Shown here piece after piece: positions 1 through 9,876 of a stretch of DNA of 64,000 nt. Positions within the stretch are counted from its first letter, which is position 1. Every line of letters begins with the position of its first letter. Source of the stretch: Clostridiales bacterium DTU072 (GTDB lineage: Bacteria > Bacillota > Clostridia > Christensenellales > DTU072); contig LFSG01000054.1 in assembly GCA_001512685.1 (NCBI GenBank), positions 44,310 through 108,309 of the forward strand. Reading direction: 5' to 3'. A program made the position numbers and the translations under genes. Under the pieces are notes generated by a model. The model worked only from the letters and a program-made list of their open reading frames with translations, made no database searches and had not been told where the DNA came from.

Positions 1-1291
1 ATTCGGCAATCCTTTTGGTCGCCCCCATAACATTGGCGGGATTTATGGCTTTATCGGTGGAAATAAGTATAAATTTCTTTACGCCCGACATATCGCATTG
101 TTCAATGACATTTTCCGTGCCAATCACATTGTTTTTAACCGCTTCGTCGGCGCTGATTTCCATCATGGGCACATGCTTATATGCTGCTGCGTGGAACACC
201 ACATCCGGCTTGTACTTTTCTATGACAGCCCTCACTTTCTCCCTATCTCTTACCGAGCCCATCTCCAAAGAATATAAATCGCTTGCACAACTCTTCTTTA
301 GCTCTTCGTTCATTTTGAACATACCGTATTCGTGGTGGTCAAAAATAATCAAATGCTTGCAATGATATTGCAATACCTGACGGCATATTTCGCTTCCTAT
401 GGAGCCCGCTCCGCCCGTAACCAAGATAACTTTGTTTTTGATAAAACTGTCCAGCAGTTCCCTATCTATTTTATGCTCTTTTCTGTGAAGCAAGTCCTCA
501 ATCCTAAGGTTTTTTAAGCTGATTACATCGGAATTCAATACCGCGTCGGCGCCGCTCATATTGCTGGTTATCTTTATCTTGACATTAAATTTCTTTATAT
601 AAGAATAAATGGACAACAGCTGTTCCTTTGTTATTTTCGTTATGGCGATGGCTATTGTGGTCGCTTTGTATTTTCTTATGGCATACCCTATGCAATCCCT
701 GCCGCCTATTATAGGAACGTCGCTTACGAATTTGCGATGCTTGGAGGGATCGTCGTCTATTATCGCAACGGGATCGTAGCCTTCTTCTGGCTTGTCCAAT
801 AAACGCTTTACCAGCGCCGCGCCCGTATACCCCGAACCGTAAATAATTATATTCTCGTTATTGCTGCCCACCACTCTAAAGCGCTTTCTTAACGCCATGG
901 TAAGTCGTGTGGACAACTTCCAGAACATAGCAAAACAAAAATAGAAGAAATAAAATAATACAATGGTACTTAAAAATATTTGTCTGAAATAGCTTAATTT
1001 CATTATTATCGCGATGGCGCCCGAAGCGGCAAAAGCTATAATGACATTCACTACTTCTGTCACTCCCGCATAACGCCATTCTACTCTGTATCCTTTCAAT
1101 AACGCCATGGAAGATATGGTGATAATTATACATATGCTGAAGTATATCCACATTATTGACAGACCGGGGTGTCTTACAAAACTTCCCCTATCCACCCAAT
1201 AAGCCGCTACAAACGCTATGACACCAAGTATAATATCCCTGACAAGATTAATTGTGGTGTGATATCGCTTCATTAAATTCTTTATCTTCAT
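1..1291 (-). CDS. CapD/PglF-like membrane-anchored polysaccharide biosynthesis NDP-sugar 4,6-dehydratase (3' end cut by window edge)
   Basis: Absent from the ORF track because it runs off the window. Manual translation from ATG (complement of 1289-1291) gives MKIKNLMKRYHTTINLVRDIILGVIAFVAAYW (TM N-terminus). The same frame later gives KVILVTGGAGSIGSE (Rossmann GxxGxxG, about 395-430), as in the CapD/PglF family. Confidence 0.8.
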   Translation of the reverse strand, partial: MKIKNLMKRYHTTINLVRDIILGVIAFVAAYWVDRGSFVRHPGLSIMWIYFSICIIITISSMALLKGYRVEWRYAGVTEVVNVIIAFAASGAIAIIMKLSYFRQIFLSTIVLFYFFYFCFAMFWKLSTRLTMALRKRFRVVGSNNENIIIYGSGYTGAALVKRLLDKPEEGYDPVAIIDDDPSKHRKFVSDVPIIGGRDCIGYAIRKYKATTIAIAITKITKEQLLSIYSYIKKFNVKIKITSNMSGADAVLNSDVISLKNLRIEDLLHRKEHKIDRELLDSFIKNKVILVTGGAGSIGSEICRQVLQYHCKHLIIFDHHEYGMFKMNEELKKSCASDLYSLEMGSVRDREKVRAVIEKYKPDVVFHAAAYKHVPMMEISADEAVKNNVIGTENVIEQCDMSGVKKFILISTDKAINPANVMGATKRIAE

Positions 1292-1324
1292 TTATTAAAC
1301 CTACCAACTATTATTTTGCATATC

Positions 1325-1993
1325 TTATAGTCTTTCAATTACTTTTTTTACCGCCTCATAAATTTTTTGGCTGATTTGTTCGATTAAAGACATAAAATCA
1401 ACGGGCGCTTCTTCATCCGCGCCGTCGGATATTCCCCTTATTATTACCAAATCAGTCTTTGTAATGTAAGCGACCTGCGCCACGGCGGCGCTCTCCATAT
1501 CCACGGCTATAGCATTGAACTGCCGGGCAATTTCCGACGCCAAACGCTTGTCCGCGATAAATTGATCCCCGCAGGCCACAGTACCTACGCACGCATTGTC
1601 CAAATAAGCTTTTATCAATTCATTATGCTTTTTGGAAGTATCAAAATATATCTTATTAACGGTGCTTACCATGCCCTTGGGATCGCCTAAAGCGGTGGTG
1701 TCCGCGTCATGCTGAACCGCTTTGTCGGCAATCACGATATCATACGCTTTTGTAACGCCCAATCCGCCCGAAACGCCCGTATTAATTATTAAATCAGGCT
1801 TAAAGCGTTCTACCATAAGCGCGCAGGCGAAAGCCGCGTTTACCTTGCCTATGCCGCTAAGACATATCACAATATCCTTATCGGCTATTTTGCCGATAAG
1901 AAATTTTTTGCCGTATATTTCTTGGTCGGTTAAGATATGTTTTTTATAAGGCTTTGCCTCTTCTTGCATTGCAATGATGATGCCTATAGTCAA
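1325..1993 (-). CDS. mtnN: 5'-methylthioadenosine/S-adenosylhomocysteine nucleosidase
   Basis: 222 aa with IGIIIAMQEE, GIGKVNAA and AVDMESAAVAQV motifs typical of MtnN/Pfs. TTG start. Confidence 0.9.
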   Translation of the reverse strand: MTIGIIIAMQEEAKPYKKHILTDQEIYGKKFLIGKIADKDIVICLSGIGKVNAAFACALMVERFKPDLIINTGVSGGLGVTKAYDIVIADKAVQHDADTTALGDPKGMVSTVNKIYFDTSKKHNELIKAYLDNACVGTVACGDQFIADKRLASEIARQFNAIAVDMESAAVAQVAYITKTDLVIIRGISDGADEEAPVDFMSLIEQISQKIYEAVKKVIERL

Positions 1994-1995
1994 CT

Positions 1996-2955
1996 TTATG
2001 CGTTCTCCCTCACTATAACTTTAATCGAATGGTCATCAACGCCGACTTCGCCGTAATTAACGCCGCCCACAACGATTCCCGCTTGGTCGGTTTCGGCGTC
2101 TCCCACCAGCCCTATATTGTTTATTACCGTTTTGAACAAAGCGCCGAAAGCGTCATTAAAAAATTCTTTGGCGTCTTTGTCTTCTTCAAGATGCTCTTGA
2201 GGCAATAATTGATACAAGGCATTAATGAGAACTTCGCTCATTTGGTTGGTCATGCCGTTAATCGAAAGCGAATGCGATTGGGTGGAGACCATGCCTTGGT
2301 TATTAACAGACATCTTATTTACGCTGTTAAGATATACGGTGTCGGCAATGGCGCCAAAAGCCGAAGGTAATTGATTCTTTATGTTTGAAATATCAATTTT
2401 TATCATCATTTCCAGCATTATGTCTTGTTCCTTCAATATCGCAACCTGCACAAAATCAGCGTTTAGCTCCCGTATTATTTCCACCGCTTCTTGAGCGTCG
2501 TCCGAGCCCTGCTGTACCATGGCGTCCAAAATGTACGCTATTTCGGTGTCGGCGAACTCAAGCAATATCGCTTGCTCCGCCGTTAATTGATTTTCCAGCA
2601 AATAAAGATAATTAAAGTCGTCGTCCGAATCTTGAGGGATATCGGTATCGTTCAGTTTTTGCTCGGTGCTTTGTTTATCCGCTATCGGGTCAAAACGATT
2701 GTTGGCTATTGCGTCTATATCGGGACCTTTCAAGATGCCTCTGATCAAGCTTATCACATCTTTAACTTTTAATTGGGCCAGACCCAACTCCCTCAGCGTG
2801 CGCCCTTGAATCTTCACATCGCCAAGCCCAAGTTTTTCCAGCGTTTGATTGTATACCCACAAAGCCGCTCCCACGATTAATATAACTATCACCAAGACGG
2901 CTATTAATGTCTTCAGTAGGCATCCGCCCACGCAACAACCTTTTCTTACAGCCAT
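1996..2955 (-). CDS. Hypothetical single-pass membrane-anchored protein
   Basis: 319 aa with an N-terminal Cys-rich stretch and TM helix (LLKTLIAVLVIVILIVGAALWVY), then an acidic extracytoplasmic domain. No family recognised. Confidence 0.55.
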   Translation of the reverse strand: MAVRKGCCVGGCLLKTLIAVLVIVILIVGAALWVYNQTLEKLGLGDVKIQGRTLRELGLAQLKVKDVISLIRGILKGPDIDAIANNRFDPIADKQSTEQKLNDTDIPQDSDDDFNYLYLLENQLTAEQAILLEFADTEIAYILDAMVQQGSDDAQEAVEIIRELNADFVQVAILKEQDIMLEMMIKIDISNIKNQLPSAFGAIADTVYLNSVNKMSVNNQGMVSTQSHSLSINGMTNQMSEVLINALYQLLPQEHLEEDKDAKEFFNDAFGALFKTVINNIGLVGDAETDQAGIVVGGVNYGEVGVDDHSIKVIVRENA

Positions 2956-3029
2956 AATCCTTCCCGCGCGAATAATGAATTATTCTTTCATAATACAATT
3001 TATCATTAAGCAAATCTTAAAAAATGGCT

Positions 3030-5648
3030 TTAATTACCATTTTTGAGTCTGGTAAACAAGGCTTCGTTCTCAGGACAAGCGTCCTTGGGTTTAATTATAG
3101 GTCCTTTCTCTGTGTCAAACTTATAAGTCATAAGGTAACAAGGATTATGGACATCATAATCTATTAATTCTTTAACGATATTCGCAATGCCTTTTTCCAA
3201 AGCCAGAGGCATAAGCGCAAACTCTTCATTTCCGCTTAAATCAAAAGCCCTCGGATCTATATAGTCGTTGAGCCCCAGCGCAAAAAGATTCATCGCCACC
3301 CATTCTTCTCCGTTCTCGTCAGTATACACAAGTCCTTCCTCTTTCTTAAGCAGCTTTTCCAAATACTTAGCCAGCAAGTTGCTTATTGCCTCCCTCGCAT
3401 CTTTTATATCGCCCAAAGTCTTATCGTCCAAGGCGTTAAAAATACCGTGCAACTGATTGACCTTCTTCCAATTGTAGCTGTCAATAAACCCTTCTATTTT
3501 TACATTGGGCACATAATTTTTGTCGGTGATATTTTTATTTATGCTATAAGGCGTCGTCATCAAAGAAGCGCAGCCCGTTTCCTTGAAAACGCAATTTCTT
3601 ATAATTAGCGTGCCCGCTTTTGTAAAGTCATCCATATAATTATCGGCAAAATAAATTGCCGCAAGTCCGGTATTCCCCAAAATACATCCTTCTACCGTCA
3701 TTACGCTCTTATTTAGAGAAATATTAAGAGATCTGTAGGCATACCTTGCGATAACATACCTCAATGTGCAGGGTATGGATAAATCCCCAAAGAAAATACA
3801 AGTGCCTTTATAAAGTCCGCCCAAATAATCGTCATCGCATTGTATGGTGAAATTCTCAAAAATAAGCTCTTTTACATTTTGGTTGATGTTTGCGCTCCTC
3901 ACCGCAAGCGCGTTATCATTAATAAACTTTTCGTTTTCGGGGAAAACAAAATAAAACATGTAACCGTTGCCGTAAATGCTGTTATTGGTGGCTATTTCCG
4001 CCTTTCTCTCAACGGTTATGCCGTTTTGCAAAGCAACAGACCTTTTGCCGTATTTTTCGCTGTTGGCATCGACAAATTGTTCAAAGTTATATACGTTTAC
4101 GGTATCGGCTTGCTCCGACATCTTGAAGGTATAGCTTCTCTCAAGCTCGGTTCTTACGCCGTGCACTTCGGCATACGCGGTAAGGGTAATCTCCTTGCTC
4201 ACGCTTTGAGGCTTAAAAGTAATATTGCCCTCGGCGTCTATATCCGCGTATTCTTCATTGTCTATTTGCCATACCAAATCATAGTTGGACGCCGTCGGAT
4301 AAACATTACTGCAGTTCAATTTAAATTTATTGGTCAATCCGCCTTTGCCGTCAAACCAGCTCAAACCCCATACCCTTTCTTGTTTTATGCCTTTTATGTT
4401 GTCCATATTCGTAAGCTCGAGCTGAAAAGCATACAAACGGCTTTTGACTTCCACATATAAATCTTGCGTCTTTTTCCCGCTGACCACATCGGTGGCGCTG
4501 ATTATGCATTCTCCTTCTTTTAACGGAATAATTCTGCCTTCGCCGTCAATTTTCAGCACGCTCTTATCGGAGATATTATATGTAACTTTAGGCGCTTGTA
4601 TCTTTGAGCTGTCCGCATATGCGACAATCAAAGTATATCCCCCGTTGTTGGTATATATCTCATTGATATAATCGCTTTTGATTATTATCTCGTCAGCGTC
4701 CACATAGTTTATTGTAAGATTCTGACCGTTTACGCTGTATTCGCATCCGTTTTGGTTTTGGTTTTCTGCTTTTTTAGAAATTGAAGCTTCACTTTCAATA
4801 ATTTCTCCGTCCTCGTCAAACCTGTTGAGAATAAGATTGCTCTTAATATATTCTATATGCTGCGATTGGTTCAATTCTTCCCAAAAAGATTTTGAGATAT
4901 CCACTATGTGCGAACAAAGGAGATTTTCTTCTTTTATATTTACATATATAAATGTAAAGTGTTCTTTGTTTGTCTTATCCGTAACAAAAGCGGTAATTTT
5001 TACCCTGCCCACTCCCCTCGGATAAATTTTACCGTTGGCGTCCACTTCGGCGATATTCTCGTCGGCGCTTTCCCATGTTATGAAATTATCGCCCAAAGCC
5101 TCGGCGGGAGAAGCGTATGCGTAGAGCTTCAGTCCTTCGTACCAATCTATTTGCGAAGCTTCCTCCATTCTTGAAATCTCTCCGTCGGGAGAATCTTGGG
5201 CGTAAATGAACATTTGGGTAACTCTCTGGCTTGTTATATAAACATTCAGCATGCTGTAAGCGTTGTCATTTGTTGCCGAATAAATGCGCATAAGAGCGCT
5301 GCCATTCCTTTTTGCCACAATTTTATACTTATTATCTTTGACATGCACCAGCTCGCATTTGCCGTCATAGGTTTCTTCTTGCGACATAATATATTTAATT
5401 TCTTGCGAATAGCAAATAGACGGCGTTACATTTATATACACAAAACTATAGCCGTCGCTACCGTCTGGCATGAGTCTGGGCACAATAACTCTGCCGCCGT
5501 TTACCGGAAAATTAAATTCGTCTCTTATTTCCACGCCCTCGGCGTTGACGGGCGGCGCCCAAGCTTGTATGGCCGCTCCCGCGCTTTGAATGGCAATAAT
5601 GACTATTACCGGTATAAGAAAGATTAATATAACCAAGAATTTTTTCAT
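3030..5648 (-). CDS. Secreted/surface protein with bacterial Ig-like (Big_2-type) repeats and a probable beta-helix C-terminal region
   Basis: 872 aa with a signal peptide (MKKFLVILIFLIPVIVIIAIQSAGA). Big_2-like segments (NIAEVDANGKIYPRGVGRVKITAFV; SVLKIDGEGRIIPLKEGECIISATD). C-terminal repeats rich in N/G/I. Confidence 0.65.
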   Translation of the reverse strand: MKKFLVILIFLIPVIVIIAIQSAGAAIQAWAPPVNAEGVEIRDEFNFPVNGGRVIVPRLMPDGSDGYSFVYINVTPSICYSQEIKYIMSQEETYDGKCELVHVKDNKYKIVAKRNGSALMRIYSATNDNAYSMLNVYITSQRVTQMFIYAQDSPDGEISRMEEASQIDWYEGLKLYAYASPAEALGDNFITWESADENIAEVDANGKIYPRGVGRVKITAFVTDKTNKEHFTFIYVNIKEENLLCSHIVDISKSFWEELNQSQHIEYIKSNLILNRFDEDGEIIESEASISKKAENQNQNGCEYSVNGQNLTINYVDADEIIIKSDYINEIYTNNGGYTLIVAYADSSKIQAPKVTYNISDKSVLKIDGEGRIIPLKEGECIISATDVVSGKKTQDLYVEVKSRLYAFQLELTNMDNIKGIKQERVWGLSWFDGKGGLTNKFKLNCSNVYPTASNYDLVWQIDNEEYADIDAEGNITFKPQSVSKEITLTAYAEVHGVRTELERSYTFKMSEQADTVNVYNFEQFVDANSEKYGKRSVALQNGITVERKAEIATNNSIYGNGYMFYFVFPENEKFINDNALAVRSANINQNVKELIFENFTIQCDDDYLGGLYKGTCIFFGDLSIPCTLRYVIARYAYRSLNISLNKSVMTVEGCILGNTGLAAIYFADNYMDDFTKAGTLIIRNCVFKETGCASLMTTPYSINKNITDKNYVPNVKIEGFIDSYNWKKVNQLHGIFNALDDKTLGDIKDAREAISNLLAKYLEKLLKKEEGLVYTDENGEEWVAMNLFALGLNDYIDPRAFDLSGNEEFALMPLALEKGIANIVKELIDYDVHNPCYLMTYKFDTEKGPIIKPKDACPENEALFTRLKNGN

Positions 5649-5657
5649 ATTTACTTC

Positions 5658-7343
5658 CTACATAATCTTATTGTACGCGGCATTAAGCTTTATGAAAAAG
5701 AATAATACCGCTCCAACAAACAGCAAAGACGTAAGCCCCATTAACATATAAAACATTAACATAAAGCCCATTTGCCTGAAAATATATGGCACCATCATTC
5801 CCAATAAGCCAAAGACCAGCGCCACCACGAATCCAAAAACAATGGAAAAAGTGGAGTTGGCGCTTGTGGTAACGATCTCTCCCTCTCCGTTAAGATTAAA
5901 TCTCGGTTTGATTATATCCATCTTCATGGAAATAAGCGTTAAAGCTACGGACACCAAAAATACTATGGCGTAAATGGCAAGAGGCTTTGCGATTTCGTAA
6001 CTTCCATCGCTTGACATTTGTTTGGTCAGAATGATTATGGCAATGGTAATCGTATTGGCAATAAACGACACCATATTGTACATTACGAATTTAACGCCGA
6101 GCTGAGTTTTTATGGGCACAGGCATAACTTTAGTGTGGTAAAAGTTATTTCCTTCCCTTGATATCGAGGTAGCGGAAAAAGATATAATGATTGTATTAAA
6201 AATAAGCATAATTAGCAAGGTTAATCCGGGTATGATTCTTATACCCACATCGTTTATGCCTATGCTGAAAGCTATTCTGTTACAGAAAAATACCATTATC
6301 GGCATGGCGCAAGCCAGCACGAAATATTGGAAAGAATAATTTATGGAACGGAACACCTGAACGAATTCCTTATACAACAAAGTTGAGAAAATGCTCTTTA
6401 CCTTATTCTTAACCGGTTTTGTGAAAGTGCTCCCTTCCACCTCTATGTTGGCAAGCAAAGTTTTTCGATATAAGCGCTTTATGACATAATAAGCGCCCAG
6501 AGCCGAAAGCGCGAGTATTATTCCAAAAACCAAATACGAAACTATGCGGCTGTCGCCCACGGTTACTGTAACGCGCTCTCTGTCAATTATTCTCACTACC
6601 TCAAATTCGCCCAACATTATGCCCGCGAAGTACTTTGTGGGCACAAAATATTTCACCATATTGCCCAGCAATATTACCGTTTCTTGCTTAAATACCGAGA
6701 AATCCTGATTAGCTTTAAGATATTCAACCATTCTTTCAAATATAAGGGTATACACGAAAAAAATAGTTGTCATTAAAACGGCAAGCCCAATAATAATCAG
6801 TCCGAATTTATGCCTTATCCTGTTGCTGAGGTGCATAAACGGTATGGCAAGCATATTGGACAAGAAGAAAGGCACGAACACCATAAAAATTAAAATAAAC
6901 GGAATGGACACATAGTAAGACACGCTTACTTGAACTACAAAAGAGTAAGCGACAAGAAACGGCACGACTATCAGCGTAGTGAGCAATAATTGGGACAAAA
7001 TTAACAATGATGTTTTTGCCCAAAATATTTCCCAACCGTTTACGGGAAATCTCATAAGAATCTCGTTATCGCCCTTATAGTATAATACTTTAATCGTGCT
7101 GCTGATGTTCGTAATCAATAAAAATACAAATACTACCGTAAAAAAGATAACCAGCGCCTCATAAGCAAGCCCGGCTTTCTCAAACATTTCAAAAAAGATG
7201 GTAGCTCCCCATAGAGTCAAAGAAAATACCGCGACCGAAAAAATAACCGTGGTTAATAATTTCAGGAGTTGTTTCCTGTCTTTTAAGTTTATCTTCCCAA
7301 AACGGTTTTGAATCTCCATTTTGAGAAGAGTTTTAATTGCGCT
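5658..7343 (-). CDS. Multi-pass ABC exporter permease (putative ABC-exporter type)
   Basis: Highly hydrophobic with more than 10 predicted TM segments, immediately downstream of the ATPase. Start moved to ATG at 7343 (MSAIKTLL), preceded by GAGGAGG, which avoids a 77-nt overlap with the ATPase gene. Confidence 0.7.
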   Translation of the reverse strand, partial: SAIKTLLKMEIQNRFGKINLKDRKQLLKLLTTVIFSVAVFSLTLWGATIFFEMFEKAGLAYEALVIFFTVVFVFLLITNISSTIKVLYYKGDNEILMRFPVNGWEIFWAKTSLLILSQLLLTTLIVVPFLVAYSFVVQVSVSYYVSIPFILIFMVFVPFFLSNMLAIPFMHLSNRIRHKFGLIIIGLAVLMTTIFFVYTLIFERMVEYLKANQDFSVFKQETVILLGNMVKYFVPTKYFAGIMLGEFEVVRIIDRERVTVTVGDSRIVSYLVFGIILALSALGAYYVIKRLYRKTLLANIEVEGSTFTKPVKNKVKSIFSTLLYKEFVQVFRSINYSFQYFVLACAMPIMVFFCNRIAFSIGINDVGIRIIPGLTLLIMLIFNTIIISFSATSISREGNNFYHTKVMPVPIKTQLGVKFVMYNMVSFIANTITIAIIILTKQMSSDGSYEIAKPLAIYAIVFLVSVALTLISMKMDIIKPRFNLNGEGEIVTTSANSTFSIVFGFVVALVFGLLGMMVPYIFRQMGFMLMFYMLMGLTSLLFVGAVLFFFIKLNAAYNKIM

Positions 7344-7353
7344 CATTTTTTTA

Positions 7354-8076
7354 TTATTCCTCCTCACATGCGGTAATTCTAAAAAAATTCTCTTCCAGAG
7401 CTTCTTTGTTTCCCGCTTCGTGGAGATCAATAATGCAGTGCAGTTTACCGTTATTTATTATCGCCGCTCTGTCACAAAGCTTAGCAACAAGGTCAAGATT
7501 GTGCGAAGAAAAGAAAACCGTATTGCCTTGTTCACAATGGTTTCTCATGTGCTTAATAATTTCTGCGGTAGACTGCGGATCAAGTCCCATCATGGGCTCG
7601 TCAAGCACCCAAAGCTTTGGGTTGTGGATGAGGGCGGCAATAATGCAAATCTTTTGTTTCATGCCGTGAGAATAGGATTTTATTTGGGTATCCAAAGCTT
7701 TCGTCATGCGAAAAAGCTTTGCTAACTTCGTCATTCTTTCTTCCCTGTCTTCCTTACTTACCCTATATAAGTCGGCTATGTAATTGACATATTCCCTGCC
7801 GGTGAATTTTTCGTATACCGAGTGATTGTCGGGAACATATCCCATATTTAATTTCGCGTTTATTGAGTCTTTGGTAATGTCATAACCGCAAATCTTAATT
7901 TCGCCGCTGTTAAAAGGGTAAATGCCCGTAAGACATTTTATGGTGGTGGATTTACCCGCCCCATTCATACCCAAAAAACCAAAAACCTCTCCCCCATTTA
8001 TCTTCAAACTTAAATCTTCTACCGCGTACCTGTTGCTGTTGAGGTATTTCTTATACAAGTGATTTATTTCCAGCAT
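7354..8076 (-). CDS. ABC transporter ATP-binding protein
   Basis: 240 aa with Walker A GMNGAGKSTT, signature YSHGMKQK and Walker B LWVLDEPMMGLD. Confidence 0.92.
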   Translation of the reverse strand: MLEINHLYKKYLNSNRYAVEDLSLKINGGEVFGFLGMNGAGKSTTIKCLTGIYPFNSGEIKICGYDITKDSINAKLNMGYVPDNHSVYEKFTGREYVNYIADLYRVSKEDREERMTKLAKLFRMTKALDTQIKSYSHGMKQKICIIAALIHNPKLWVLDEPMMGLDPQSTAEIIKHMRNHCEQGNTVFFSSHNLDLVAKLCDRAAIINNGKLHCIIDLHEAGNKEALEENFFRITACEEE

Positions 8077-8127
8077 TATTTCCTCTGTACCGACTCATTA
8101 TGCTAAGTCAGCGTAAAACATTAATTA

Positions 8128-8157
8128 ATTATATCATTTACCTTATTCTATTGTCAA
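8128..8157 (-). promoter_or_regulatory. SigA-type promoter for the ABC exporter/surface protein operon
   Basis: Minus strand reads TTGACA-18 nt-TATAAT (-35 at 8152-8157, -10 at 8128-8133), about 50 nt upstream of the ATPase start. Confidence 0.5.
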
Positions 8158-8232
8158 GAAAGATGTTAATACTTACAAAATCCCCTTTGAATAAGCGTTT
8201 GTCGCATTAAATCGTCCTTGTTTTTGATTTTG

Positions 8233-9120
8233 TCAATTCCTTAAAGCGTTGGCATACTGCTGCGCGGATATTCTTTGCAGCTCATGCTTGGCCTTTATTT
8301 GCGCGATAATTTTCTTTACTATCATTTCCATCATTCCTCCTTCGGAATAATCGGCGGGCGCATAATAGTTAATACGGTTTTCTTTAATTAAGTTTGAGAC
8401 TGTTTTCTTGCCTTTGTCATCCGCAGGATTATACACGCCGATTGAATTGCCTCCCGAGGACTTTATAAGACGCATGCAGGGAATATCGGTTTCGCTGTCG
8501 CCTATGTAAATAAAATGGCTGAAAGGTATCCTTCTTTTTTCGTCAGGCATATACCTGTTGACATCTTCTATTTCGCAATTCTTGTTGATTCTGAACAAAT
8601 ATTGCGTCTTTGTGGTAAAATTAACGGCTTGCCGAGGCCATACGGCGCGGCCGCTGTCATCGTAATAAAATGATGAAGCGTATATTTTGGTAAACCATTG
8701 AGCAATGGGGTTGCCTTCTATTATTTCCTTGATTCCCGACGATATTATGTAATGCTCTATGACCGTTTGATTGTTTATTCCAAATGCGTTTATCCTATAA
8801 AACCAATCCTCCACTCCCTTAAATAACTCAATATCTTTTCCCAGCTCTCTTAAATCTTTTTCGGTAATTATTATGCCTTTACGCTTGGCTTCTTTTGTCA
8901 TGGTGAACATATAAGCGAGTATGGAATCCATGTCGGCGCTTTTCACAAGCTCATTGGACGCGCGCCAAAATTCTTCCGCCGACATCGAAAGCCTTTCAAT
9001 AAACCCATACTCCTGCATATCCTTAGGGGACAGCGTTTTATCAAAATCATAACACAACGCCGCCACGGGGCATCCCCTTTTTTCCAGAACCTCAAAACAC
9101 TGTTTTTGAGCTTTGTTCAA
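8233..9120 (-). CDS. HAD-superfamily hydrolase
   Basis: 295 aa with motif I YDFDKTLS and motif IV IGDSETDIPCM. TTG start preceded by GGAGGT. Confidence 0.7.
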   Translation of the reverse strand: MNKAQKQCFEVLEKRGCPVAALCYDFDKTLSPKDMQEYGFIERLSMSAEEFWRASNELVKSADMDSILAYMFTMTKEAKRKGIIITEKDLRELGKDIELFKGVEDWFYRINAFGINNQTVIEHYIISSGIKEIIEGNPIAQWFTKIYASSFYYDDSGRAVWPRQAVNFTTKTQYLFRINKNCEIEDVNRYMPDEKRRIPFSHFIYIGDSETDIPCMRLIKSSGGNSIGVYNPADDKGKKTVSNLIKENRINYYAPADYSEGGMMEMIVKKIIAQIKAKHELQRISAQQYANALRN

Positions 9121-9210
9121 AATAGACCTCCGTTATTTTTTATATTATAACATAAATCCTTTTAATGTTAAAATTGTTTTCTATTTGCCCCACCATGTTA
9201 TAATATTTGT

Positions 9211-9807
9211 ATGAACTATTATAAAGAAGCGCTTAAGATAATCAATAAATTAGCTTCACATAAACCCAAGCTTTTATTGCACAGCTGTTGCGCGCCGTGC
9301 AGCAGCGGTTGCATAGAATTGTTGCAAACTTATTTTGACACTGATATTTATTTTTTCAACCCCAACATTGACAGTTTGGAAGAATACAATAAAAGGCTGA
9401 ACGAGCAAAAAAGGTTTGTACAAAAAAAGTCATATAACATAGAAGTTATTGAAGACGCTTATCAGCCTTGGCTTTTTATCGAAATATCCAAAGGCTTGGA
9501 AAACTTGCCCGAAGGTTCCTCCAGATGCTTTAAGTGTTACCGGTTGCGCATGGAAGCAACCGCAAAAAAAGCCAAAGAGCTGGGCTATGATTATTTTACT
9601 ACCACTCTTTCGGTAAGTCCTCACAAAAACGCCGATTGGATAAACAAAATAGGTTTTGAGCTGGAAGAATTGTACGGAGTTAAATTTCTGCCTTCGGATT
9701 TCAAAAAAAACAACGGTTACCTTCGTTCCATTGAGGCAAGCAAACAGCACAATCTTTACCGCCAAAATTATTGCGGCTGCATGTTTTCCAAAAGCGAATC
9801 AAACTAA
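9211..9807 (+). CDS. queH: Epoxyqueuosine reductase QueH (DUF208)
   Basis: 198 aa with LLLHSCCAPCSS near the N-terminus and a C-terminal YRQNYCGC, characteristic of QueH. Confidence 0.85.
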   Translation: MNYYKEALKIINKLASHKPKLLLHSCCAPCSSGCIELLQTYFDTDIYFFNPNIDSLEEYNKRLNEQKRFVQKKSYNIEVIEDAYQPWLFIEISKGLENLPEGSSRCFKCYRLRMEATAKKAKELGYDYFTTTLSVSPHKNADWINKIGFELEELYGVKFLPSDFKKNNGYLRSIEASKQHNLYRQNYCGCMFSKSESN

Positions 9808-9825
9808 ATTAACCGATCTATTTGC

Positions 9826-9854
9826 TTGCATAATTATTAATTATTATGTATAAT
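9826..9854 (+). promoter_or_regulatory. SigA-type promoter of argC-argB-GNAT
   Basis: TTGCAT (9826-9831)-17 nt-TATAAT (9849-9854) with TG at -15/-14. AGAGGT RBS before the argC ATG at 9877. Confidence 0.55.
9829..9848 (+). promoter_or_regulatory. 20-bp AT-rich palindrome in the argC promoter spacer (candidate ArgR/AhrC-type operator)
   Basis: CATAATTATTAATTATTATG pairs at 9 of 10 positions with its own reverse complement and fills the -35/-10 spacer of the arg promoter. Confidence 0.35.
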
Positions 9855-9876
9855 CAATGAATATTAAGAGGTAAAA

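Noticed and set aside
876-1151. A 91-aa minus-strand track ORF at the start of the window.
   Set aside because: It is out of frame with, and fully contained in, the CapD/PglF-like gene (1-1291). That gene's frame carries the GGAGSIGS Rossmann motif and a proper TM N-terminus.
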